From assembly GCA_977020255.1 (NCBI GenBank), contig CDROCS010005249.1, forward strand, positions 1-64,000: a stretch of 64,000 bases of DNA. Reading direction: 5' to 3'. This stretch comes from Obrimoposthia wandeli. Its lineage: Eukaryota. Under the pieces are notes generated by a model, which saw only the letters and a program-made list of their open reading frames with translations, searched no databases and was not told the DNA's origin. Within the stretch, counting starts at the first letter, position 1; each line of letters opens with the position of its first letter. Both the position numbers and the translations under genes were made by a program. Of the stretch, positions 39,955 through 50,575 are shown piece by piece.

Positions 39955-40869
39955 TTACAGGTATGAATCGATGGGTGTATTATTCACAAAAAAGTCTTTT
40001 AAGAAGTTAATGAGTAGGCGTAATTTCTTAGTGTTTGCTGTACCCGGCGGAAACACTCCATACACGTCAATATCGCGCAATGCAAAGTCTTCCAGAATTA
40101 GCTCCAACGCGCCTGATTGAATTTTAGGCCAAGCATCATACTTTGGTATACGCCCTAAGCCATGGCCGCCTTCTACAAATGCTGTTCTTGCAGCAGCGTT
40201 ATTGGTATTGATCTTTCCTTTTATATCAACTTTATAGTTTTTGGGTCCTTTGGATAGCTCTAATACCCCGGATGTTAGTTTATATACAACCCATTCATGT
40301 TTGTCTAAATCGGCGGGTGTAATAGGGCGCCCATTTTTTTTGAAGTATTCAGGAGAGCCGCAAAGGCAAGTAGCAAGTGTCGCTAATTTACTTGCCTGTA
40401 ATCCAGAGTCCGCCAGCGGGGCACCGCGAATGGCAAGATCAATACCTTCTTTCATTATGTTAACTACTTCATCAGTCAACATAACATCGAGTTCTATTTT
40501 AGGGTACAACTTACAAAACTCATTAAGTGCGGGAACAACTATTTGCAGCCCTACGTTAACAGGACAGGTTATTTTAAGTAGCCCTACAGGGTCATGCTTA
40601 ATGCTTTCTATTTGCTGCTGCGCTTGAGTGGCTTGCTCTACAATGGTACGACAATGTAAATAAAATTGGCTGCCTGCTTCAGTTAAGGCAATGGAGCGTG
40701 TGGAACGGTTTAATAATTTGACATCTAAATTACTCTCTAACTTTTTTAGATGGTAGCTAACCACTGCCCTCGATAAGCCAATATGCTTTGCCGCTGCACT
40801 TAAACTTCCCTGTTCTACTACTTGTGCAAATACCATCATGCTCTTTAACAGTTCAAATGAAACATCCAT
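39955..40869 (-). CDS. LysR-family regulator (CrgA-like), divergent from the PfpI gene
   Basis: FAQVVEQGSLSAAA...VSYHLKKLE...LLNRSTRS; EGIDLAIRG. Confidence 0.93.
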   Translation of the reverse strand: MDVSFELLKSMMVFAQVVEQGSLSAAAKHIGLSRAVVSYHLKKLESNLDVKLLNRSTRSIALTEAGSQFYLHCRTIVEQATQAQQQIESIKHDPVGLLKITCPVNVGLQIVVPALNEFCKLYPKIELDVMLTDEVVNIMKEGIDLAIRGAPLADSGLQASKLATLATCLCGSPEYFKKNGRPITPADLDKHEWVVYKLTSGVLELSKGPKNYKVDIKGKINTNNAAARTAFVEGGHGLGRIPKYDAWPKIQSGALELILEDFALRDIDVYGVFPPGTANTKKLRLLINFLKDFFVNNTPIDSYL

Positions 40870-41056
40870 AATTAGAAAACACCTATTGTCTTATTAATTG
40901 AAACAATGTTATCAAATTAATCTGCATTGTTTAACATAATAAGCGAATATATAATGTAATTATTATTAAAAGCTCGCTTGATAGCAGTGTGTTCACAAGG
41001 TATTGGTTATCAAGTTTATCGCTCATCAACTTCGCATCTAACAATTAGGAAAAACT

Positions 41057-41740
41057 ATGTCTAGCAAGATATTAATGGTACTTACCTCACATTCTGAATT
41101 AGGAAACACTGGAGAAAAAACCGGCTTTTGGGTAGAGGAATTCGCTACACCTTATTATCAGTTTGTTGATGCAGGTTATCAGGTGACTATTGCATCAGTA
41201 TTAGGAGGGCTGCCACCAATAGATCCAAAAAGTGAATTACCAGATTTTCAAACCTCTGCAACACAGCGTTTTAAGCAAGATTCTCAAGTGCAATCTCTCT
41301 TATCAGATAGCGCTGTTCTCTCTTCACTAAATAGTTCTGACTTTGATGGCGTTTTTTACTGCGGTGGACATGGTCCATTATGGGATTTAACAGATAATAA
41401 GGTATCTATTAGTTTAATCGAAGGTTTTTTAGCCGCAGATAAACCTGTAGCTGCAGTATGTCATGCATCAGCAGTATTGCTTAACGTTAAAGACATAACA
41501 GGACAATATGTCGTACAAGATAAAGCGGTGACAGGCTTTACTAATACAGAAGAGGATGCAGTACAGTTAACCAATGTAGTGCCATTTCTTTTAGAAGATG
41601 AGCTTATTAAGCGCAAAGCTAATTTTAAAAGAGGAGACGACTGGGGAGTATTTGCACAACAAGACGGTTTGATTATTACAGGTCAAAACCCTGCGAGTTC
41701 TGCGCTAAGCGCACAAAAATTAATGGCACACATTGGCTAA
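41057..41740 (+). CDS. DJ-1/PfpI (type 1 glutamine amidotransferase-like, Hsp31-type) protein
   Basis: TGFWVEEFATPY, GGHGPLWDL, AVCHA, ITGQNPAS. Confidence 0.92.
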   Translation: MSSKILMVLTSHSELGNTGEKTGFWVEEFATPYYQFVDAGYQVTIASVLGGLPPIDPKSELPDFQTSATQRFKQDSQVQSLLSDSAVLSSLNSSDFDGVFYCGGHGPLWDLTDNKVSISLIEGFLAADKPVAAVCHASAVLLNVKDITGQYVVQDKAVTGFTNTEEDAVQLTNVVPFLLEDELIKRKANFKRGDDWGVFAQQDGLIITGQNPASSALSAQKLMAHIG

Positions 41741-41865
41741 ACATTTACCAGTCGCTCTTTTTTATACTAAAGAGAGCGAATATTAACAGGTATAAACTAG
41801 CCACAGACGCATATGTCTGTGTTAAAGCTTTAAAAAAATTGTATAACCCTTCGTAGGAAATCACA

Positions 41866-42906
41866 TTGAATCAGTCAAAAACTAGCAATCGTCAGGTTCT
41901 TCTAGCATCTAGACCCACAGGCTCTCCTGTATCAGACAATTTTGAAATATGCAGCAAAGAGATCGCCAGCCCTCAACAGGGTGAAGTCTTGCTAAGAACC
42001 GTCTATTTATCATTAGACCCTTACATGAGAGGCCGGATGAATGATGCACAATCTTATGCCCCACCTGTACAGTTAGGCGAAGTAATGGTTGCAGGCTCTG
42101 TATGTAGAGTAGAAGAGTCTAAGCACAAAGATTTTACAAAAGGCGATTGGGTGTTAGCTTATGACGGTTGGCAAGATTACAGCATTAACGATTGTAGCCA
42201 GGTAATAAAGCTTGATAATGATTTCACCAACCCATCTTACGCCCTTGGTGTTTTGGGCATGCCTGGCTTAACTGCCTATATGGGCTTGCTAGATATAGGT
42301 GTACCAAAAGCCGGTGAAACCGTCGTCGTTGCTGCCGCTAGTGGTGCAGTGGGTTCTGTAGTAGGACAAATTGCGAAGTTATATGGCTGCAAAGTAGTCG
42401 GTATCGCAGGCAGTGCTGAAAAATGTAGTTATGTTAAAGAAACATTAGGATTTGACCATTGCTTAGATCACAAAGCCGCAGATTTTGCCGATAAACTAGC
42501 AAGTGTTTGCAGTGAGGGCATAGATGTATATTTTGAAAATGTTGGCGGTAAAGTCTTTGATGCAGTCATTCCACTGCTGAATGCGTGTGCCAGAATACCG
42601 TTATGCGGTTTGATTTCGCAATATAACGCCACGCAACTGCCAGAGGGGCCTGATCGTCTGTCATTTTTGATGGGTAACTTGTTAGTGAAACGAATCAAAA
42701 TGCAAGGTTTTATCGTTTTTGATGACTATGGACACCGCTACGCTGAGTTTGCACAACAAATGTCTAAATGGGTAAGTGACGGCAAAATTTTATATAAAGA
42801 AGATCTAGTTGAAGGCTTAGAGAATGCACCAAATGCCTTTATCGGCTTATTAAAAGGGGAGAACTTCGGAAAATTAGTGGTTCGAGTTGGTCCTGATAAT
42901 ATCTAA
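41866..42906 (+). CDS. NADP-dependent oxidoreductase, CurA/YncB (prostaglandin reductase-like) family
   Basis: LSLDPYMRG, LGMPGLTAY, AASGAVG, YFENVGG, CGLISQYN, GENFGKLVV. Confidence 0.92.
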   Translation: MNQSKTSNRQVLLASRPTGSPVSDNFEICSKEIASPQQGEVLLRTVYLSLDPYMRGRMNDAQSYAPPVQLGEVMVAGSVCRVEESKHKDFTKGDWVLAYDGWQDYSINDCSQVIKLDNDFTNPSYALGVLGMPGLTAYMGLLDIGVPKAGETVVVAAASGAVGSVVGQIAKLYGCKVVGIAGSAEKCSYVKETLGFDHCLDHKAADFADKLASVCSEGIDVYFENVGGKVFDAVIPLLNACARIPLCGLISQYNATQLPEGPDRLSFLMGNLLVKRIKMQGFIVFDDYGHRYAEFAQQMSKWVSDGKILYKEDLVEGLENAPNAFIGLLKGENFGKLVVRVGPDNI

Positions 42907-43027
42907 TGGCACTAGAGTATATTGAGCATAAAATCATAGCTCAAATGCTCTTCTTTGCCCTGTATGAATAAAGTTAAATATAATGCGTAAATCAGCTTGG
43001 TATTATACTTTTTTATTCATTCAATAT

Positions 43028-43180
43028 CATTGCAGTCCGGTTTAGTTTTTGTTGCTCTCTAATTAATTGATCTTACGTTGTATACAAATAAAATTTAGTG
43101 ACAGAGTCAACTTTTAGCTATAAAAGGTCTCTAAAAATCAATACGTTAGAGGGCTTGCATTTCTTAACAGGAAAGTAATG
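43028..43180 (+). mobile_element. 153-bp IS4-related MITE, copy B
   Basis: TIRs CATTGCAGTCCGGTTTAG / reverse CATTACTTTCCTGTTAAG; 9-bp TSD ATTCAATAT / ATTTAATAT. Confidence 0.87.
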
Positions 43181-43199
43181 ATTTAATATACATTTTATA

Positions 43200-43820
43200 G
43201 TGAGTAAATCGATGATCAATGTTCATCATTTAAATAAATCCCGCTCAAACAGAGTAATTTGGTTACTAGAAGAATTAGAACTACCTTATAGCGTAACTAA
43301 GCATCAACGTGATGCAACGACCAACTTAGCACCTCAAAGTTTAAAGGAAATCCATCCTCTGGCTAAAGCGCCTATAATTGAAGAAAACGGCAGGCTAATC
43401 TGCGAATCCGGCGCTGTAATGGAGTTCATTTTAAGCAAAGTTGTGCATAATAATTTACGCCCGGAGCTAGATGCAGATAATTATTACACCTACCTTGAGT
43501 GGCTGCACTTTGCAGAAGGCTCACTTAGTTTGCCGTTAATATCGAAATTATTGATGAGCTATGAGACACGTGAATCAAACCACGTATTAGATCAATATAT
43601 TGATAAAGAAATAAAGCTTGATTTGTCATATATTGAATCGCACCTACAGCAGGTGCCATATTTTGCGGGTACTCAATTTAGCGCAGCAGATATTATGATG
43701 ACGTTTATGCTGGAAGTGGCATTAAGTATTGGTGTATTAACCGAGAAAACACATACATTAAAATACCTAGAAACTATGCACAAAAGAGCAGCGTACCAAA
43801 GAGCTAAAGCGTACGAGTAA
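43200..43820 (+). CDS. Glutathione S-transferase
   Basis: HLNKSRSNRVIWLLEEL, HPLAKAP, ESGAV, FSAADIMM. Confidence 0.92.
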   Translation: MSKSMINVHHLNKSRSNRVIWLLEELELPYSVTKHQRDATTNLAPQSLKEIHPLAKAPIIEENGRLICESGAVMEFILSKVVHNNLRPELDADNYYTYLEWLHFAEGSLSLPLISKLLMSYETRESNHVLDQYIDKEIKLDLSYIESHLQQVPYFAGTQFSAADIMMTFMLEVALSIGVLTEKTHTLKYLETMHKRAAYQRAKAYE

Positions 43821-44061
43821 ACCGTTAAGAGTATAGCTGTGCTCCATGGAATCTTTTGATACTCCCGGTCTAATCAAAACTCTTAAACTCTGTTTTAAAC
43901 TAGAAATAAAAACCCAAAAGTGCTACATCTTTAGATGTGTTAAATCCTATTTATTTTCAATGATAAAAACCGATTGACACAAAACAGGGAGTATTTAAAC
44001 GCTATCAGTTGGTAAATCAGCGACAACTATAACGCTTAAAATAAAATTTATTGGAGATACT

Positions 44062-44451
44062 ATGATGTACGCACATAAAAAAGCCTTTTTAATGGCGCTT
44101 ATAACAACTATTGGCTTGTCAGCATGCGCAACGGTTGAACAAAAAATGACGGACGCTGGAGCACAGCGATTAAACCAGGAGCAAGCAATAGCGCATGTAA
44201 CAGGTAATACTGAAGTATGGAGTCAAGGAGGAGGTTATTATGATCCTGATGGCAGCATGCAGACTGTTTGGAAAGGGGTTAAGTCTTCAGGTACCTACAC
44301 TGTCAGTGAAGATGGAAAAGTCTGTAACAAACTAGATAAAAATTATTGCCATATTTATATGAACGATAATGGTGCCATTATTATGGTCTATAATGGAAAA
44401 AATGAAGGGGTTAGAGAAATGCTAGTCGGTAATAAAGTCTCTGAACTATAG
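44062..44451 (+). CDS. Small lipoprotein (possibly DUF995-like)
   Basis: Signal peptide with LSAC lipobox; beta-rich G.Y.V..DG.VC segment. Confidence 0.7.
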   Translation: MMYAHKKAFLMALITTIGLSACATVEQKMTDAGAQRLNQEQAIAHVTGNTEVWSQGGGYYDPDGSMQTVWKGVKSSGTYTVSEDGKVCNKLDKNYCHIYMNDNGAIIMVYNGKNEGVREMLVGNKVSEL

Positions 44452-44602
44452 CTTAAATAAATCCTAATCGTCTTAAAACTAGAAACGACTAAGTTATACT
44501 TTTAAGTGCTTTAACTGAAACCTTTGCATGTAAAACAACACATCACAATATACGTGCAAAGGCCTCTGGTTTTATCAATACTGTCTCTTATCCTCTGTGC
44601 TT

Positions 44603-46279
44603 TTAAGTATTCAGCTCCTCTATCGCCATTTCTCGCAACTTAAACTTTTGCACTTTACCGGTAACCGTTAAAGGATATTGACTAACAATTTTTATATGAC
44701 GAGGGATTTTGTAATGGCTAATTTTCCCCTTACAGTATGCTTGTATCTCTAGTGCATCAATTACGGGTGTATCAGGGCGCAGCTTCACCCATGCCACAAG
44801 TTCTTCACCAAATTTTTCATCTGGGATACCTACAACTTGTACATCACTGATATCTGGATGAGTGTATAAAAAGTCTTCTATCTCTTTAGGATAAATGTTT
44901 TCCCCACCGCGAATCACCATATCTTTTATGCGACCTACAATGCGAATGTAACCCTCCTCATCCATTGTGGCTAAATCACCGGTATGCATCCAACCATCAC
45001 TCGCTAGTACCTCATCAGTGGCCGCTTGGTTTTCCCAATAGCCTAACATCACAGAATAACCACGTGTACATAGCTCTCCTGAACAGTTTATAGCGACAGT
45101 TTTACCTGTGAGCGGGTCGATGATTTTGCTCTCTAGATGCGGTTGAGTGCGCCCCACAGTACTCACACGTTTATCAAAAGGATCATTAGCCGCTGTTTGT
45201 GCAGATACAGGACTTGTCTCTGTCATACCGTAGGCTATCTGTAATTCGCCAATGTGCATTTTACCATTGACCGCTTTCATTATTTCGGCCGGGCATATAG
45301 AACCCGCCATAATGCCAGTACGTAAAGTAGTTAAGTCGTACTGTGCAAAGTTAGGATGCTCTAACATGCTAATGAACATGGTAGGCACGCTGTAAAGCGC
45401 CGTTGCTTTATGCTGATCTACGGTCTTTAATACAGTCTCTGGATCAAATGCTGCACTAGGATAAATCATGGTTGCACCATGAGTTATACAGCCTAAATTA
45501 CCCATCACCATACCAAAGCAATGATACAAAGGGACAGGGATAATCAATCTATCTTGGTCGGTAAGAGTAAGGCTTTGCGCAACAAAATAACCGTTATTTA
45601 ATATGTTGTAATGCGACAGCGTAACGCCTTTTGGCGCGCCAGTTGTGCCGGATGTATATTGAATATTGATCGGGTCATTAAAATGAAGTGCTGTCTGTTC
45701 TTGTAACAATTGCTGATCTGTAATTTTTGCTGAGCTTTCGATGAAATCAAGCCAAGTGTACATGCCAGATTTTGGTTCTTCAGATAAGTTGATGACACTG
45801 TGCAGATGAGGTAATTTGCTGGCATCTAATGCACCAGGCTCACAGGTTTTTAATTCAGGCGCTATTGACTCTAATATATGATAGAAACTGCTCTTTTTAA
45901 AACTGTCAGCCATAACTAAATGACTAATACTTGCTTGATTTAAAGTATATTCAAGCTCATATGACTGATAAGCCGGATTGACGTTAACCAATACCGCACC
46001 AATTTTAGCCGTTGCAAACTGACATAGCGCCCACTGAACACAGTTTGGTGCCCATATACCAACACGATCACCTTTTTTAACGCCACTTGCCATAAATGCT
46101 TTAGCGGTTCGGTTCACTTCTATCTGCAAGGTTTTATATGAATAGTGTATCTGTTGATCTACAACAATCAGTGCATCATTGTCAGGGAAGCGTTGCACTG
46201 TTTGATCAAATAGATCGCCGATAGTCATTTCCAGTAATGGCGTATCCGCATTACCTTTAGTATAGCTAGTTGAAAGCAT
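44603..46279 (-). CDS. AMP-binding acyl-CoA synthetase
   Basis: YTSGTTGAPKG, YGMTE, TGDLA, RIKDMVIRGGENIYP, GKVQK. Confidence 0.94.
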   Translation of the reverse strand: MLSTSYTKGNADTPLLEMTIGDLFDQTVQRFPDNDALIVVDQQIHYSYKTLQIEVNRTAKAFMASGVKKGDRVGIWAPNCVQWALCQFATAKIGAVLVNVNPAYQSYELEYTLNQASISHLVMADSFKKSSFYHILESIAPELKTCEPGALDASKLPHLHSVINLSEEPKSGMYTWLDFIESSAKITDQQLLQEQTALHFNDPINIQYTSGTTGAPKGVTLSHYNILNNGYFVAQSLTLTDQDRLIIPVPLYHCFGMVMGNLGCITHGATMIYPSAAFDPETVLKTVDQHKATALYSVPTMFISMLEHPNFAQYDLTTLRTGIMAGSICPAEIMKAVNGKMHIGELQIAYGMTETSPVSAQTAANDPFDKRVSTVGRTQPHLESKIIDPLTGKTVAINCSGELCTRGYSVMLGYWENQAATDEVLASDGWMHTGDLATMDEEGYIRIVGRIKDMVIRGGENIYPKEIEDFLYTHPDISDVQVVGIPDEKFGEELVAWVKLRPDTPVIDALEIQAYCKGKISHYKIPRHIKIVSQYPLTVTGKVQKFKLREMAIEELNT

Positions 46280-46401
46280 TTTTTAATTCACTTTTTTTAT
46301 TATATTTTGAGATATTGCACGACAGTGATTTTACTTTTTAATAAGATCCAGAATAAAATTAAAAATCGTGCAATGTATTGTTATTTATGTAAATAAGCTA
46401 A

Positions 46402-47298
46402 TTATTGACTACGCATCGCTAAGCCAACTTTAGAGCTATTTGGCTTATTAATATGCTCACTGATCCAGTGGCCAATGTCAGCCAGCTTATTTAAATCTAC
46501 GCCGCTCTCTAAGCCCAGCCCATTGAGTAGATAAACCACATCTTCGCTTGCTACGTTACCGCTGGCACCTTTTGCATAGGGACACCCACCAAGGCCAGCG
46601 ACAGAGCTGTCTATAGTGCGTATACCCATTTCAAGAGCGGCATATATGTTAGCGATCGCTTGTCCATAACTGTCATGAAAATGCACCGCAAGTTTGTGCA
46701 TAGGAATATCATTGGCGACAACATCGAGCATGTGTTGAACATTTTTTGCAGTACCAACACCAATAGTATCGCCAAGCGACACCTCATAGCAGCCCATATC
46801 AAACAAACGTTTACTGATAGACGCTACTTGATCAAAGGCGACATCGCCTTGATAAGGGCAACCAAGCACTGTAGATACATAGCCTCTCACTGCAATGTTT
46901 TGTTGTTTCGCAATGTGCATAATTTCATCGAATCTAACCAAGCTTTCATCAATAGAGCAGTTAATGTTTTTTTGGCAAAATGCTTCAGAAGCCGCTGTAA
47001 ATATAGCAATTTCTTGTACGTTTGCATCTATAGCTGCTTGCAAACCCTTTAAGTTAGGTGTTAATGCACTATAAGTTACGCCCCGCTGGCGCTGTATAGT
47101 GTTCATTACAGCACTGGCATCTCCCATTTGCGGCACCCATTTAGGTGACACAAAACTGGCAGATTCAATACATTTCATCCCAGCATCAGCAAGGCGTGCT
47201 ATAAGCTCAACTTTTATTTCAGTACTGATAATTTTTTTTTCATTTTGTAGGCCATCTCGTGGGCCTACCTCTACAATTTTTACTTTATCGTTGACCAT
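46402..47298 (-). CDS. liuE: Hydroxymethylglutaryl-CoA lyase
   Basis: EVGPRDGLQNE, HFHD, GLGGCPYAKGASGN. Confidence 0.95.
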   Translation of the reverse strand: MVNDKVKIVEVGPRDGLQNEKKIISTEIKVELIARLADAGMKCIESASFVSPKWVPQMGDASAVMNTIQRQRGVTYSALTPNLKGLQAAIDANVQEIAIFTAASEAFCQKNINCSIDESLVRFDEIMHIAKQQNIAVRGYVSTVLGCPYQGDVAFDQVASISKRLFDMGCYEVSLGDTIGVGTAKNVQHMLDVVANDIPMHKLAVHFHDSYGQAIANIYAALEMGIRTIDSSVAGLGGCPYAKGASGNVASEDVVYLLNGLGLESGVDLNKLADIGHWISEHINKPNSSKVGLAMRSQ

Positions 47299-47353
47299 GT
47301 TATGCCTATATCACTGATTACTTTAAAAGAGCAGGGGCTTAGGTTTTAATAGC

Positions 47354-47446
47354 GATGAATTAGACGCGGCCTAATTCATCAAGGGTAAGTCGTTCGCTTG
47401 CTAAGTAAAACCTAGCTAAGAGAGGGCTTACCCTGGAGAGTTTTTA
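47354..47446 (-). repeat. 27-bp REP-like palindrome (47354-47380, reverse orientation) plus adjoining hairpin
   Basis: GATGAATTAGACGCGGCCTAATTCATC then AGGGTAAG...CTTACCCT inverted repeat; lies between liuD and liuE. Confidence 0.78.
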
Positions 47447-49534
47447 GGTATCTTCATCCACAGTTTCTGTAGTTTCAACCGTTTCAAGAATTGCGCTCAT
47501 GCCAATCAACGTATCGCCTTCACTGACTAAATCAGATTCACAGTAAAATACATCATCTATTTGGCCATCCTCTAGCGCGACAATGGTGTGTTCCATCTTC
47601 ATCGCTTCGATAATTATGAGTGGTGTGCCTGCTTTAACGATAGCACCCGCTTGGGTGAGAACCGCAATGACACGACCATTCATTGGTGCACTAAGTGCTC
47701 CTTCGCTGTGTGTATCATCATGTTGTACTGACAAATCAGGTTGCTGACACTCAAATCTATCACCTGCTAAGAATAAACTAACCTGTAATTGATTAATATA
47801 TACATGTAGCTTTAGCTGTTTACTGGTATCCCCACAATCAAGATTTATTGTTAGCTGGTCACTGTTTAGCGACGCACTTATATTAAATATTTGTGTTTTA
47901 CCATTATCTAAAACAGTGGCAATAAAATTTTGAGTTTGACCTGAATTGTTAGTCAAATTTAATTCGGTGCTTTCTATTGTGACTACTGTATTCTCAGTGC
48001 ACTCGCTCTTTTCACTTGATAGCCATTGCAGCTCTCGAGATGAACTTTGATTTAAACGCCATTGACGCGTACTGCTAGCAAAAGGGGAGAGTGTTGAGCT
48101 TGAATCACTGCTTTGTTGTGCTTGATACAAAATAGTTGCACAGCTAGCAATCGCTAAATTCTCACTATAATTACTTGAAGTATCAAACAGTACTGATTGA
48201 TTTTTATCAATAAACTGCGTGTCTATTGGTTGGTTGCTAAATGCATCACTGCTGATAACTTTGTGTAAAAACGGGATATTATTTTTGATACCTACAATAC
48301 GATACTGCTCTAAAGCTGCACGCATCTTCGACACTGCTTGCGCACGATTTTCTCCCCATACGATCAGTTTTGAGATCATAGGGTCATAAAACACACTTAC
48401 CTCATCACCTTCAATGACACCAGTATCAACACGTAATGTCTCGGTTTGCTCAGGGGTACGTAAATAATTTAACACCCCAGTGGCCGGTAAAAAATCATTA
48501 CTTGGATCTTCAGCGTATATACGACACTCTAAAGCGTGACCATTAACACTCACTTGTGACTGATCAATAGGTAATGGCTCACCGCTGGCGATTTGTAATT
48601 GCCATTCAACCAGATCCACATTAGTGATCATCTCTGTCACCGGGTGCTCTACTTGTAAGCGTGTGTTCATTTCCATGAAATAGAAGCTTTCATCCGCGTT
48701 ATACAAAAACTCAACGGTACCCGCGCCAACATAGTCAATGGCTTTAGCGGCATTAAGTGCTGCAATGCCCATCGCTTCAACAACTTCAGCACGGATATTA
48801 GGAGCAGGGGCCTCTTCTACAATTTTTTGATGGCGCCTTTGAATAGAGCAATCTCTTTGCGATAAGTAGACACCCTTGCCTTGTTTATCACAAAACACTT
48901 GTACTTCAATATGTCGAGTACTGGGTAAGTAGCGCTCTAACAGCATATCACTGTTACCAAAAGAGTTTTGAGCTTCACGTTTAGCGGCAGCTAATGCGCT
49001 GTCAAATTCATCTAACGATTCAACAACACGCATGCCTTTGCCACCACCACCTGCCACAGCTTTTAGTAACAGAGGAAAGCCACAAATAGCACCTTGCTCT
49101 TTTAGTAAAACAGGGTCTTGATCATCACCGTGATAACCAGGTACTAATGGCACATCTGCTTTAGACATAATTTCTTTAGCCGCAGATTTTGAACCCATAG
49201 CAGCAATTGCTGAGGCAGGCGGGCCAATAAAGGCAATATTATTATCTTCACACGCACTTGCAAATTCAGCGTTCTCTGACAAAAAACCGTAGCCTGGATG
49301 CACTGCTTGTGCCCCACATTGTTTGGCAATTTTTAGTATCTTGTCGTGTAACAAATAGCTCTCGCTACTTTGAGCTGGGCCAAGCAAATAGGCTTCATCT
49401 GCCATTTTTACATGTTGTGCATTAGCATCGGCCTCAGAATAGACTGCGATACAATGCACACCTAGTTGCTTCGCCGTTTTTATAATTCTGCACGCTATTT
49501 CGCCACGGTTTGCTATTAAAATTCGATTAAACAT
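47444..49534 (-). CDS. liuD: 3-methylcrotonyl-CoA carboxylase biotin-containing alpha subunit
   Basis: ANRGEIA, HPGYGFLSEN, GGGGKGMR, EMNTRLQVEHP, EAMKME biotin-attachment motif. Confidence 0.94.
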   Translation of the reverse strand: MFNRILIANRGEIACRIIKTAKQLGVHCIAVYSEADANAQHVKMADEAYLLGPAQSSESYLLHDKILKIAKQCGAQAVHPGYGFLSENAEFASACEDNNIAFIGPPASAIAAMGSKSAAKEIMSKADVPLVPGYHGDDQDPVLLKEQGAICGFPLLLKAVAGGGGKGMRVVESLDEFDSALAAAKREAQNSFGNSDMLLERYLPSTRHIEVQVFCDKQGKGVYLSQRDCSIQRRHQKIVEEAPAPNIRAEVVEAMGIAALNAAKAIDYVGAGTVEFLYNADESFYFMEMNTRLQVEHPVTEMITNVDLVEWQLQIASGEPLPIDQSQVSVNGHALECRIYAEDPSNDFLPATGVLNYLRTPEQTETLRVDTGVIEGDEVSVFYDPMISKLIVWGENRAQAVSKMRAALEQYRIVGIKNNIPFLHKVISSDAFSNQPIDTQFIDKNQSVLFDTSSNYSENLAIASCATILYQAQQSSDSSSTLSPFASSTRQWRLNQSSSRELQWLSSEKSECTENTVVTIESTELNLTNNSGQTQNFIATVLDNGKTQIFNISASLNSDQLTINLDCGDTSKQLKLHVYINQLQVSLFLAGDRFECQQPDLSVQHDDTHSEGALSAPMNGRVIAVLTQAGAIVKAGTPLIIIEAMKMEHTIVALEDGQIDDVFYCESDLVSEGDTLIGMSAILETVETTETVDEDT

Positions 49535-49661
49535 AATTTTTTCCTTTGAGCTTTGCTATAAATTTGTTCAAAGCTAAGCTTTACTATACCTAGATTAGAG
49601 GCTGCTAATAATTACACAGTAGCTAACAGTCGTTTGTTCTCGCACTACTTTTTACTACTAG

Positions 49662-50486
49662 CTACTGCGCTGGCCAATTAGGCTTGCGCTTTTCTAGAAA
49701 TGCGGCTAAGCCTTCTTTTGCTTCTGGCGTCGCTCTTATATCTGCAATGCGCTTGGCGGTTTCAAGGCTTAGACCTTCATTAATGTCTTGTAAGCTAACA
49801 TCTAGCGCTAATTTTTTTGCCGCTTGCATTGCCAGTGGGCCATTACTTAACACGCCGCTCATCCACTGATCATTCAATAGTTGTAGCTCATCTATATCAG
49901 CTGCTACTTCATGTACAAGTGCTAACTCTTTAGCTTTTAGGGCACTAAATACTTCAGCACTGACAAAGTATCGTCTGGCTTGTCGCTCACCTATTGCTCT
50001 TACAACAAAAGGGCTAATAGCTGCAGGGATTAAACCTAATTTAACTTCGCTCAAACAAAATTTTGCATCTTGTGTTGCAAACACCATATCGCAACAGGCC
50101 GCTAAACCAACGGCTCCACCAAAAGCAGCACCTTGAATAAGTGCAACACTAGGCTTTGACAAGTTGTTTAAGCTAGACATTAGTAGCGCCAGTTGTTTGG
50201 CATCAGCTAAGTTCTGCGCTGCTGTGTTTTGTGCCATGCGCGCCATCCAGTTTAAATCTGCGCCCGCTGAAAAATGCTTACCATTGGCTTTAAGTAACAA
50301 CACCTTAGCTTGAGAGCTGTTTTCTATCTGTGCTATGCTTTTAATGAGTGTGCCAATCATTTCATCATCAAACGCATTGCGCATTGCCGGACGATTTAGC
50401 GTCAGTGTTGCAATACCTGATGAGGCGATATTCAAAATAACGTTGTCATCAACCGTTTTATTATCATGCATAGTATCTGTACCCAT
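49662..50486 (-). CDS. liuC: Methylglutaconyl-CoA hydratase (crotonase family)
   Basis: FSAGADL, GAAFGGAVGL, LSEVKLGLIPA; position in the liu cluster. Confidence 0.9.
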   Translation of the reverse strand: MGTDTMHDNKTVDDNVILNIASSGIATLTLNRPAMRNAFDDEMIGTLIKSIAQIENSSQAKVLLLKANGKHFSAGADLNWMARMAQNTAAQNLADAKQLALLMSSLNNLSKPSVALIQGAAFGGAVGLAACCDMVFATQDAKFCLSEVKLGLIPAAISPFVVRAIGERQARRYFVSAEVFSALKAKELALVHEVAADIDELQLLNDQWMSGVLSNGPLAMQAAKKLALDVSLQDINEGLSLETAKRIADIRATPEAKEGLAAFLEKRKPNWPAQ

Positions 50487-50575
50487 TACTAAACTATCTC
50501 TAAGTGTTACAAAAAGCGATTACGCAGCGACGTGTGACACCTTATCAATTTTGATTAAGTTAAAAACTGCATTCA

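Noticed and set aside
43150-43199. MITE-supplied hybrid promoter (TTGCAT -35) for the GST gene
   Set aside because: The nearest -10-like hexamer (TAATAT) is 23 bp away, too far for sigma70.
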